A DNA stretch of 64,000 nucleotides. It comes from Octopus sinensis (Eukaryota). The first letter of the stretch is position 1; every line of letters begins with the position of its first letter. A model generated the notes under the pieces. It was not told the origin of the DNA. It made no database searches and saw only the letters and a program-made list of their open reading frames with translations. Below, piece by piece: positions 23,571 to 36,533 of the stretch. Made by a program: the position numbers and the translations under genes. Location of the stretch: positions 47,864,001 to 47,928,000 of the forward strand of contig NC_043001.1 of assembly GCF_006345805.1 (NCBI RefSeq), given 5' to 3'.

Positions 23571-23792
23571 GTATCTAAGTCTTTGGACATGAAAATTCGT
23601 TAGCTCAGCAGCGAAAATGCCTTGCAGTATTTCTTTATGCCCTGAGTTCAAATTATGCCCAAGTTAACTTTGCTTTTTGTCCTCTCACGATCGATTAGTC
23701 ATTAAATAAAATGCCAGCCAAGTGCTGATTTCAATGTAATCGACTAAACCTGTCCTTCAACAGCCAAATTCCAGGCCTTGTACCTGTTACAA

Positions 23793-24102
23793 CAGTGGTT
23801 CTCAACCGAGGTCCATATGACCCATTGAAGTCCATGTAAGACTTTTGGAGGTCCAAGCAAGCAAAAAAAAGAGAAAAAGAAAAAATGGAGATCCGCAGTA
23901 GTATTTTAAGGGCCCATTAAAAATGGGTGTAGGTTTTTGTCTCTCTAACGTTTTACATAGTTTAGCCTACACAAGTTAGTGTGTGAAACACAAAATAAGA
24001 ATTTTGAAAGGTAGTTTTTAAACATGAAATGAAAATGGGGGTCTGCCAGGATAAAAATAGTAATCAAAGGGATCCATAGGCAAAAATAGTTGAGAACCAC
24101 TG
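23793..24102. mobile_element. Intact hAT-family MITE (310 bp)
   Basis: Perfect 14-bp TIRs CAGTGGTTCTCAAC (23793-23806) and GTTGAGAACCACTG (24089-24102); perfect 8-bp TSD TGTTACAA (23785-23792 and 24103-24110). Confidence 0.95.
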
Positions 24103-24451
24103 TGTTACAAGTAATTATTAGCTTTAAAAGCTGTTGTTTCTGAAGCAGCTGACGCACTGGAAGAAGGGAGATTTATTTAATTATGTCTTGTCTCACCAGT
24201 GTCAATTTGAGTATCAGTCCCCTCGGAATCAATACGATAGATAACAATCCAGCACTTTCTATTTAATCGATTATTTCCATTCAAAATCGACGGTTTTATG
24301 TTAACTTGTTTATCGTTTATCGTTTGTTTCAGTTAGTGGACTCCGGCCATGCTAGGGTACCACCTTAAAGGTTTTAGTCAAACGATTCGTCACTAGTACT
24401 TTTCTTCTCAGTTTATTTTGCCGAACCACTAAGTTGTGTGCGCACACACAA

Positions 24452-24454
24452 TCT

Positions 24455-24505
<51 letters not shown>

Positions 24506-24650
24506 TCTCTCTCTCTCTTTCTCACTCTCCTCTCTCTCTGTATATATATATATATGTATGTATGTATGTATGTGTGTGTGTATGTATGTATGTATGTATG
24601 TATGTATGTATGTATGTATGTATGTATGTATGTATGTATGTATGTATGTA
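24452..24650. repeat. (CT)n/(AT)n/(GTAT)n compound microsatellite
   Basis: Direct reading. Confidence 0.9.
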
Positions 24651-24664
24651 TATAGTTAATCCAA

Positions 24665-24865
24665 ACATGAAAACACAAAGAGAAAACACAACAACGCGAG
24701 GACGTGGAAGAAATATAGCATTATTTGACGCTCAGGAAGGAAGGGAAGAAGGAGGGTTTAACGTTTCGAGCGGAGCACTTCGTCAGAAACACAGGAAAAG
24801 GAAAGATCCAGAGAAGGGAAGATGGAGGAAAAAAAATCGCCAACGGTACACACGCGGTCACATTT
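24665..24865 (-). mobile_element. Penelope pseudo-LTR-like repeat with a minimal hammerhead motif (24756-24790)
   Basis: Minus RNA GUUU CUGACGA A GUGC[UCC]GCUC GAAAC GUU AAAC: 4-bp stem I and palindromic ACGU stem III; shares CGTTGGCGATTT with the 18990 copy. Confidence 0.6.
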
Positions 24866-24884
24866 TATATATATATATATAAAC

Positions 24885-25030
24885 ACGATGAGTTTCCTTC
24901 AGTTTCCTTCTACAAAACTTACTCTAAAGGCTTTGGTCTGCCCGATGCTATAGTAGATGACACTTGCCGCAGGTGCCATGATATCAAACATGTGGTTGGG
25001 AAGTAAACTTCTTACCACACAGCCACGCCT
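24885..25030 (-). mobile_element. SINE family B (CORE-like) 5' part
   Basis: TCAGTTTCC...AAGGCTTTGGTCTGCCCGATGCTATAGTAGATGACACTTG...CATGTGGTTGGGAAG...CTTCTTACCACACAGCCAC. Confidence 0.75.
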
Positions 25031-25419
25031 GTCTGCGTCAATATAATGTTAGAAATCAGTATCATCAATAATATTGTTCTGCAGCAGTCTGTGTATACAA
25101 TGCTTAACTATGGAACGAAAGCGAAGACAAAATCTCGTATAGACATAACGTTTATATTATTCGTAAAATAATTGACTGCTAAGTTTTGTTACGAAATCGA
25201 AGATAATCAATTATATATTCAGCATTTATTCGTAAGACAATTGACTGATAAACTATGGAAAGAAATTCAAAACATAATCTATAATAAGTACAATATCTCT
25301 TTATAAGACAATTGACTGCTAGAATACAGTAGGAAAATTGAAGACATATCCCATCATAGACAAAATGTATGTCATATAATTTGTAAGGAAACTGATTAGG
25401 AAATAAAAACTCTAAATCA

Positions 25420-25652
25420 TGTGTGTGTGTTAGTGTGTATGTTTGTGCGTGTGTGTGTGTGTCTGTGTGTGTGTGTGTGTTTGTGTGCGCGTGTCTGTAC
25501 GTGTATATGAATATGAATATGTATATGTATATATATATATATGAATATATACTTACATACATATATACATATGTGTATGTGTATATATATATATATATGA
25601 ATATATACATACATACATACATATATATATATTATATATATATATATATAAT
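25420..25652. repeat. (GT)n/(AT)n compound microsatellite
   Basis: Direct reading. Confidence 0.85.
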
Positions 25653-28214
25653 ATGATTTTAAAATCTGTATTCACTGGGGCAACCCCACTACCTTACATT
25701 TACTGCCCCTGCCAGACGCACTTTACTTTGATATGAAAGAAAACGGAAGTAGTACAATGTATAAATCTTGTTAAAAGCAACGCCAGTATAGACGTACCAC
25801 TGTAGAATAATATTTTAAATTATGTCTTTAATTTTATACTGTTGTTAAAATGGTTTAAAGCGCTTGCAGTAGACATTATTATATATCTTTTTGCAGATTT
25901 TCAATAATTTTAGTAGCATAATCACAATTGAATGGCAGGGATATATGATCATAAGTTTTTCATAGACAATTGCATGTAGCTCTTTTCAGAGAACGTTTGC
26001 ATTTCTTGACGCTAAATAAAAAATATGATATAACTGCTTTCAAAGCAGAGCAGCCGACAAGTGTATAATAAAGAATATGTTTTTGAAAGATATTTTCTCA
26101 AAGCACTGTACCTTTCGTATATTATAATGACTTCGTGTCATCATAAAGTCAAGTGCTTTACATAAAATACAGTTACGTGTAGGCAACTGCTCTCTCTAAA
26201 TATCCAACGATCTTATAATTTTCCGAATAAAGCTAAAGTTCTTCGTGTAATTCTATTAATTGTTATTTCTGTCGAAATTCAATATAAATGCTAAAGGAAC
26301 CTGGATTGGCCGAATCGCTAGAACGTCGAACAAGAATCTTTTATGGTATTTAATTACAATCTTTTAGGTTTTGTGCTAATAACTCGTCTCGCTGGATTTG
26401 CCTTTTCATCTTCCTGAGGTCAATAAAATAAAATACCAATTAAATACCAGAATCGATTTTGAATTCTTTGACGACCAGGATTGAGCATTTATCTACATTT
26501 ATCTGGAAATTTCTTTTGAAGGGCGCAGGTTTGGGCTAGCTTTTACGAGCGAGACTTGTAGTTGTATGTGCTGGAAGTTGCTCTTCTCTACGCCACCGAT
26601 TTTATCGAGGGATAAAAAATCAATGTCAATACAACTTAGCCTTGTTTTGTCGCAGGCGATCTGGCAACGTTAACAGTTGAAAGAAACACCGCAAATAATA
26701 TTGTCCGACAGTCTAATAACCCACCGATTCACCATGCAATCCATTGTAGACGATAAAGCCTACTATCTCGTCAACCCATAAAAAATTGTGTCGTTCAGTT
26801 TATGTCAGAAATGAAATCTAAATGTTAAATATTAATAATTCAAGCAAAGGGAAAATATCAGAGTCTCATGATGTGATAGTTATAGGAGTTTAGGTTTCGT
26901 TTTCAAATACTACCTGGTCGAATTTGCTATTTATCTTTACACGAGTAGATAAAATAAACAGAAATTGAGTATTGCAGTCAATGAAATCGACGGTTCTGTT
27001 TCTCAAAGTTATTCTTATGTTAAGAATTAAGATTATTATGATTATTAAATATCAACATAAATGTAGGAAATATCATTTGTTGAAACACAAAGAGGGGTAA
27101 CGGAGGACAAGGTATGAAGAGCGTCGGACAAAATTAAAGCCGTACTTCTGAGTTCAAACCTGACTGCGAATGATGTTGCTACGCATCCTACTGGAGGCAA
27201 AAAATTAAAAATGAAATTTCAGAAATTATATACTCCAGGTTTCTAGCTTCCAATCTGCAGAGGATAATCATTAGAACATTAGATTAAAGACGTGTGAAGT
27301 TCCATTATACATACATGCATAAATACATACTTTCATACATACGCACAAATAAGAGGAATTTGGAGAAATTCCAACCACGTTTCGTGCTTCGCTATCTCAA
27401 CAGCTCCTTTATAGGAGCCAGCGGCTGAGGACATCATCAGGAAGAAACCACATCCGATTTTGGTCATTACTCTTCTACCGTTTATACATATGGTCATTTG
27501 CGCAGTAGATACGACTACCTCTTTGAAAATCAAAGAGAAATAGGATAACTAAGAGCAACTGCTTGGAAACCGCCATCTTCTATATCCAGATTACAAATTC
27601 AAATGTACATCAATAAAAATTGGTGCACTTGGTTTTGTTAGTTAATAGTTAAATGACAATCTGTATAAGCTAAGGTTTTCAGGAAGGGAACTCAACAACC
27701 AAATTCACACATTACAAATGTGATCTGTGAGTGAAACGGTAAAAATATGCAAGACTTTTCTCGAGTCTAAAATAAGAATTTGCTTTTGTTATCTACATTC
27801 CAACGAGAGAACTTTGCATCTTTGTCAGAAACCAACTTCTTTCTTATGGGAGGATTTCAAATGTTTTGAAAGAGAAGAGAGCACACATACATAAATACAT
27901 ACAAACATGCATATATAGATTAATTAATATTGATTGCTTTGGAGTTGAGGGCCACATTCAGAGTGCACATCCTAACAACTTTAGGTTCAGGGTTTAGAAG
28001 ATAGAAATCGGAAAAAATTGGAGTGAGGAAGGGTCTTGGAATTTTTTTGGCTAAAAATGCAAAGGGTGAAACTCAACCGCATTCACTTACTGCTCTTTAT
28101 TTTCTCTCTGGTACATGTTATTCATTTGTGTCATATAAATAGAAATATATACATATATGCAAATACATTTATATACAACTCGTAGATATATAAACACACA
28201 CACGCACTCACGCG

Positions 28215-28251
<37 letters not shown>

Positions 28252-28364
28252 AAAAATATATATTCACATACGCACTTTCATATAAAACGTATGCAGATAT
28301 TCGCATACGTACATATATAGGTGTAGCATACACACTTGCATATATCTATGTAGGAATGTGTGGC

Positions 28365-28652
28365 GGCGCAATGGCCCAGTGGTTAGGGCAGCGGACTCGC
28401 GGTTGTAGGATCGCGGTTTCGATTCCCAGACCGGGCGTTGTGAGTGTTTATTGAGCGAAAACACGAGGCTCCGGCAGGGGATGGTGGCGATCCCTGCTAT
28501 ACTCTTTCGCCACAACTTTCTCTCACTCTTTCTTCTGTTGGCCAGCGGGGTGGCGTCATTTGAAGGCTAAAAAAAAACAATGCGAAGCGCATTGTGACCA
28601 GCGATGTGTGGGAGTATCTGATAGCCTGGTCGGTCACGGTGATCACGGTGAT
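28365..28652 (+). mobile_element. tRNA-derived SINE family C, tail type 1
   Basis: Head GGCGCAATGGCCCAGTGGTTAGG (A-box) ... GGTTTCGATTCCC (B-box); 3' end ...GGTCACGGTGATCACGGTGAT (short tandem tail). Confidence 0.8.
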
Positions 28653-29117
28653 GTAGGAAAGTATGTACGCATATACGTTTCCACATACATTCGTATTCAC
28701 AAATGTATGTATATGAATGTGTATGCGTATATATCTGTATGTGTATATGTGTGTGTCAGGGGATGACGATCATAAACATTCAAATACATATAAGCATAAC
28801 GTCCGATAAAAATTTGCACATATACAAACGTTCAATGTTACATAATCACAAAAAAAAAACTACATGCAAGCAGAAGCTAGCGTATATTTGTTCACATGAA
28901 AAAATACTTTATATCGGTAATACATACAATTACAATGAACGTAATAATCACATACGGACACGTATACACATATAGACAAACATATTCACACGTGCATACA
29001 CAAAACGTAAATATGTAAATACACAAAAGCGCGCAAACATCCACGTGGTCACAATCGCACAATGACAACCAAACATATTACAAAATAGACAAAAAAACAC
29101 ACGCGTGTACATTCGTA

Positions 29118-29119
<2 letters not shown>

Positions 29120-29165
<46 letters not shown>

Positions 29166-29264
29166 GAGAGAGAGAGAGAGAAAGAGATAGATAGATAGAT
29201 ACGCATATACAAGCGTGTGTGTGAGTTTGTGTGTGTGCGTGTGTGTGTGTGTTTATGTGTGTTC

Positions 29265-29301
<37 letters not shown>

Positions 29302-29560
29302 CTCATGTACATATAGTTATAACTATATACATTCATGCATACACATACACACACACATATATATGTAAATACACAATGATATAAACACATAGTTACATAC
29401 ACACGTGTGCATACATCCATACATACATGCACACATGCATGCATACATACATACATACATACATACATACATACATACATACATACACACATACATACAT
29501 ACATACATACATACATACATACATACATACATACATACATACATACATACATACATACGT
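29120..29560. repeat. Compound (AT)/(AG)/(GT)/(CATA) microsatellites
   Basis: Direct reading. Confidence 0.85.
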
Positions 29561-29913
29561 ACATATAAATATGTATGAAAATAGGCACACATACACAGAA
29601 ACTTCTAGACGTAAGCATATGTATATATTTAAACATACACACATATAAATGGAAATATACACATATATGCAAACATTTATATACAACTCGTACATATATA
29701 AACACATACACACCTAAATATATATTTATATACGCACTTTCATATAAAACATACGCAGATATTCTCATACGTACTCATTCATGTACACACGAGCACACAT
29801 TACAAATATGTAAACACATAGACATTCAAACATATATACATGCGCACAAGGATACTAAAGTCATTCTGAACACATAGATATACATGTATACATGGTCACA
29901 CACATAAATAGAT

Positions 29914-29967
<54 letters not shown>

Positions 29968-30279
29968 GTAGACACACGCACACACGCACACATATGCACA
30001 CACACACACACATACAGACACATTCACACACACAAATACCGTTAATCAGAACGTAGATCTTATGACGCACAGATTGTGAGGGAGCGTTCATTGTATTGGA
30101 ATGATGGCATAATACGATGATAACAAATTTCAAATAAACGAGGAAATGAGTGAGTAAAAACGAAGAAGATACAGTAATGGAAGACAGGAAGGTGAAAAGA
30201 CAGAAACAGACGATAAAAGTCCATTGCTTAACTGACAAAATAACTGTCACCATCTCTTTTGTACTTGCAATTATAGTTG

Positions 30280-30597
30280 TAGTTCACTCTCTCTTTCTCT
30301 CTCATTCTCTCTCTCTTTCTCTGGCTCACTCTTTCTCTTTCTCTCTCTCTCACTATTTCTCTCTCACTCTCTCTTTCTCTCTCACTCTCTCTTTCTCTTT
30401 CACTCTCTCTCTATCTTTCTCTGGCTCACTCTTTCTCTTTCTCTCTCTCTCACTATTTCTCTTCCTCTCTCCCTCTCACTTTTTCTCTTTCTCTTTCTTT
30501 CTCTGTCTTTCTCTCCCTCTCTGTCTTCCTTTTAGTATGTGTGTGCGTATGATACATCTTCCTTTCTTAGTCTCTTCTCATAAATTTTGCTTATACA

Positions 30598-30678
<81 letters not shown>

Positions 30679-30720
30679 GTCTGTCTGTCTGTCTGTCTGT
30701 TTTTCTGTCTTTCTACCTAT
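30280..30720. repeat. CT-rich tract with internal duplication plus (CTAT)n
   Basis: CTGGCTCACTCTTTCTCTTTCTCTCTCTCTCACTATTT occurs at ~30321 and ~30421; (CTAT)n at 30600-30676. Confidence 0.85.
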
Positions 30721-30783
30721 ATTTTTATCCATCTATTTATATGTATGTGTGTGTATGTGAGTATTCATATATACACGCGTACG

Positions 30784-30859
30784 TATTATTATTATTGTGT
30801 TTTTGATTTATATTAGCCCTTGCGGCCAATAATAAAAGAATTAATTATTATTATTATTA

Positions 30860-30900
<41 letters not shown>
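30784..30900. repeat. (TTA)n microsatellite (probable tail of the adjacent repeat)
   Basis: Direct reading. Confidence 0.85.
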
Positions 30901-30902
<2 letters not shown>

Positions 30903-31430
30903 GAGAGAGAGAGCTTCGCATATTTTACACTGGGGTAAAATATACGAAGCCCAGTATCACTATCATGACTACCTGTACACCAGGCACATGCATCACAACC
31001 ATATGTCCGCGACATGGTGATTTCATATCAAGATTAACAGCGCATGACCTTGCAGATGGGGCCCAGTTAGAATTTTCTTCTGGTCAAGTAGCACATCCCG
31101 CTCAAAAGGTCCCTGAATAAGGATTGTTTAAGGATGTTGAACGAACCACCCATGTTTCCAAAGGTGAATTATCTAAACCCAAAAGAATTCCTCTCGACGC
31201 ATAGCTATGATTTTCCCTAACTACTTCTGCTCGTGGTCAGAGATGCACATATCGTCAGCCACTAAGGGACATGGTCAACTGGTTATGGTCAAACAACTGA
31301 CAAACAAATCTGTGGTATTGAGAGAATATTTGCTGTAGACCATCTTATATACCAAGACAAAATAATGTACATGATAACACTTTCAATCAGTTAAGATCAG
31401 CAGCCATGAGAACCACTGTCTGGTACTGCA
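30901..31430 (-). repeat. Unclassified ~540-bp interspersed repeat, unit 1 of a tandem pair
   Basis: Colinear with 31443-31930 (period 542 bp); the minus-strand 3' end ...CTCAA is followed by (TAA)n. Confidence 0.85.
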
Positions 31431-31442
31431 TTATTATTATTA

Positions 31443-31930
31443 TTGAGTGAGAGAGCAGTGTATGCCATCAAAGTGACACTGAGGTAAAATATGCGAAGCC
31501 CAATATAACCATCATGACTACCCGTCTGATAAGGGTACGCCAGGCACATGCATCACAATCATATGTGCGCGACATCGTGATTTCATATCAAGATAAACAG
31601 CGTATGACCTTGCAGGTGGAGCCCAGTTAGAATTTTCTTCTGGTCGAGTAGCCCATCCCGCTCAAAAGGTCCCTGAATAAGGATTGTTTAAGGATATTGA
31701 ACGAACCACCCATGTTTCCAAAGGTGAATTATCCAAACCTCCAAGAATTCCTTTCAACACACGGCTATGATGCTCCCCCACTACTTCTGCTCGTGGTCAG
31801 AGATGCACATATCGTCAGCCACTTAGGGACATGGTCAACTGGTTATGGTTAAACAACTAACAAACAAATCTGTGGTATTGAACAGAATATTTGCTGTAGC
31901 CCATCTTTTATACCAAGACAAAACAATGTA
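31443..31930 (-). repeat. Unclassified ~540-bp interspersed repeat, unit 2 (truncated)
   Basis: Shares blocks such as GCCCAGTTAGAATTTTCTTC, CCCGCTCAAAAGGTCCCTGAATAAGG and GATGCACATATCGTCAGCCAC with unit 1. Confidence 0.85.
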
Positions 31931-32650
31931 TTCGATTCGGCTCCATGCAACTTAAAGTTTCGTAGGGTTGTCATACGAACTTAGCTTATAGGCTTATGTC
32001 ACTGCTACTAAATGTCTGAACTGCCACATTGTTTCATTTGTACACTCACTCGTATGCATACATGCATACACACACACACACATACACACACATACATATT
32101 AATTTAAGTTTAAAGTGAAGGTTCATCCTGTAATATCTAGTAAATTCCTGGTGAGGTCAACTTTGCCTTTCATTCATTTGGGGGGCGATAAAATATGTAC
32201 CGTTTCAACACTGGGGTCGATATTATCAACTTATCCCTTCTCCTGAAATTGCTGGTTTTGTGCTAAAATTTGAAATTAGTATTCAGTAAAAAGTTTCAGT
32301 TTACCAGCTGTCATTTAACGAAACACACACGTACGCACACAAAAACACACACACACACACACGTACATGCACACACAAAAATACACACACACAAGCACAT
32401 ACACACACACACACGCACACACAGAAATACATACAAACATGCATATGTATATATACATGCACGTAAATATTTTGTGTGACTGTGTGTTTATGGTCTTGCA
32501 TCTAGACATACATTCAAAAAGAAAGGGAGTGAGAGAAAGGAAATGCATGAACATCACAATTTCCAATTTCCTGCCATCGGGTTATTGCAGCTAAATGCTG
32601 TGAATACCTCTCTTTAGCATTATTGAAGCACTTGAATCCATCGCTTTAGA

Positions 32651-32689
<39 letters not shown>

Positions 32690-32745
32690 ATTGTTTGAAT
32701 CTGTGTGTGTATGTGTATACATGTTTGTGTATGTGTGTGAGTGGA

Positions 32746-33130
32746 GGCGCAATGGCCCAGTGGTTAGGGCAGCGGACTCTCGGTCATAGGATCGCGGTTT
32801 CGATTCCCAGACCGGGCGTTGTGAGTGTTTATTGAGCGAAAACACCTAAAGCTCCACGAGGCTCCGGCAGGGGATGGTGGTGATCCCTGCTGTACTCTTT
32901 CACCACAACTTTCTCTCACTCTTACTTCCTGTTTCTGTTGTACCTGCATTTCAAAGGGCCGGCCTTGTCACTCTCTATGTCACGCTGAATATCCCCGAGA
33001 ACTACGTTAAGGGTACACGTGTCTGTGGAGTGCTCAGCCACTTACACGTTAATTTCACGAGCAGGCTGTTCCGTTGATTCGGATCAACCGGAACCCCCGT
33101 CGTCGTAACCGACGGAGTGCTTCCCCCCAA
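32746..33130 (+). mobile_element. tRNA-derived SINE family C, tail type 2
   Basis: Same head and body as 28365 but a different 3' module (...GTTAAGGGTACACGTGTCTGTGGAGTGCTCAGCC...CGTCGTAACCGACGGAGTGC). Confidence 0.82.
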
Positions 33131-33157
33131 AAATGTGTGTGAGTGTGTATGTGGGTG

Positions 33158-33191
<34 letters not shown>

Positions 33192-33324
33192 GAGTGTTTG
33201 TGTGTGTGTTCCAGTGCCGAAATCGTCACGATTCACTGTAATGTCACGGCTGACGATATGCTTGTACATTCTGTTAAATGCCGTCAGTGTCTTTCAGTAT
33301 TTTAGATATTTACACGTGTGCGTA

Positions 33325-33452
33325 TCCATTTATCCATCCATCCATCCATCCATCCATCCATCCATCCAACCATCCATCCATCCATCCATTGATCGATCGA
33401 TCGATCCATCCATCGATCCATCGATCCATCCATCGATCCATCCATCCATCCA

Positions 33453-33528
<76 letters not shown>

Positions 33529-33556
33529 GATCGATCTATCTATCTATCTGTCTATA

Positions 33557-33601
<45 letters not shown>

Positions 33602-33631
33602 GTCTATCTATCTACCTATCTACCTATCTAC

Positions 33632-33693
<62 letters not shown>

Positions 33694-33725
33694 GTCTATC
33701 TATCTATCTATTTATCTATCTATCC
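33325..33725. repeat. (CCAT)/(CGAT)/(CTAT) tetranucleotide array
   Basis: Direct reading; source of the spurious 239-aa ORF. Confidence 0.95.
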
Positions 33726-34173
33726 ACCTCTATGTTCCAGTTGTTCGATCAACAGAAATACCTTTGCATTGAAATACTGTGTACATTGCCCGGTATTTCA
33801 CAGAGAAATGTACCCTTACAGTAATCCTCAATCAGAATTAATAACAGAGTGATACAGTTGGATCCTTTGAATTACGAGTACATCTCATCGGATGGCTTTC
33901 CGTAGGCTTTCAAGTAGTTGTTGCCTATCCAATTTCATCCACAGTACTTGGGGCTACCCGAGGGTACGAGACACGATGAAGCTCGGGAAATGACGAGGTC
34001 AAAGTGAAAACCAAACACACGCGCCCGGGCACACACACGCGATTGGTCACAGACTCACACATTCATGTAGGCACACATTCATACACGTCTCCTTTCGCAT
34101 ATACATATAGGTATGCATGTAAACTTGCAATTGTGGACTCCATGTACCGATGAACAGATTCTCTGACGGCCCT

Positions 34174-35345
<1,172 letters not shown>

Positions 35346-35839
35346 GATAAACACACGTCTTGCTTATGTTTACTTGCTGCCCGCTTGCAATTTTAATAGT
35401 AAATATGTCGATATATAGTTCTATTGTTAAGACGTAGCAGAACTTCTGCCTTTACGTAAAACTGTGACAGGTGTACTGTTACTTATATGTATTATGTAAG
35501 TGGAATGTTTCATAGCGTTGTTGTTCTTTTTTTTTTTCCCTGACAAAATTATTTCTTGTGAGATATAACGGAGATAAATATAGATAAGAGAAGTGAAATT
35601 TCATTGAAAGTTTCTTAAGAAATAGGGAAAAATCGAATTTGTTCAATTTTTTTTTTTTATCTGGAGGGAGATGATTGTGCGAACGCGTGTACATATTGGT
35701 GTGGAAATAGTTATGGTTGCTTTTTATATTTGATTTGAATTTTAAAGTGTTTTCTCTCCATCTTTCTTCCTTCACATCGTATGTAAATATAATATAACAA
35801 AATTGGTTTATTTACTGAATATTATATTCACAACATCCA

Positions 35840-36112
35840 TCCATATGCACGTACCCACACACACACACGCACACACATTCACAGACATAGGCACACATTT
35901 ACACACACACATGATTATGTGGATATGTATATCTGTGTGTATATATATTATATATATATATATACATACATACGCACATACATATATACATACATGCATA
36001 CATACATATATATATAAATTGATTGATAAATAGATAGATAGACAGATAGATAGAGAGAGAGAGGCAGACATTCATATCTATATATGTAGACATATTTGTG
36101 TATGTATGTATG

Positions 36113-36149
<37 letters not shown>

Positions 36150-36260
36150 TTATATATGTATATATATATATATATAATATATATATATATATATACATAT
36201 TTTACAAATACATATCTACAGTTATACGTACATACATGCATATGTGTGTGTGTGTGTGTG
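35840..36260. repeat. (CA)/(AT)/(GATA) microsatellite cluster
   Basis: Direct reading. Confidence 0.85.
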
Positions 36261-36498
36261 TTTATAAAAAGTATGGCAATACACAAACACTCAACTATGC
36301 GTGCATCACATTTTATAGCGGAAACAGCTGTAAGCTAATGGAGTTCAAAAAATAATTTCTTTATAAAATCTCTTATTATGCTCTGCACTCGACTAACTCT
36401 TTTCTGTGAAGCATATGTATACGGAGCTCTAGCTCCAAGTTATTAGTATCGCTATGCTTAAGCGAAATAACAAAACATATATTTCAATATACATACGC

Positions 36499-36533
<35 letters not shown>

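Noticed and set aside
27376-27440. Minus-strand CUGAUGA...GAAAC with an internal hairpin (GCUCC/GGAGC, CUCAGC/GUUGAG)
   Set aside because: The triplet is GUG (non-cleavable), stem II does not close at 10.1-11.1, and no stem I forms.
28365-28436. tRNA-like sequence (also at 32746 and in the family A/B heads)
   Set aside because: The acceptor stem does not pair and the sequence continues into a SINE body, so these are SINE heads, not tRNA genes.
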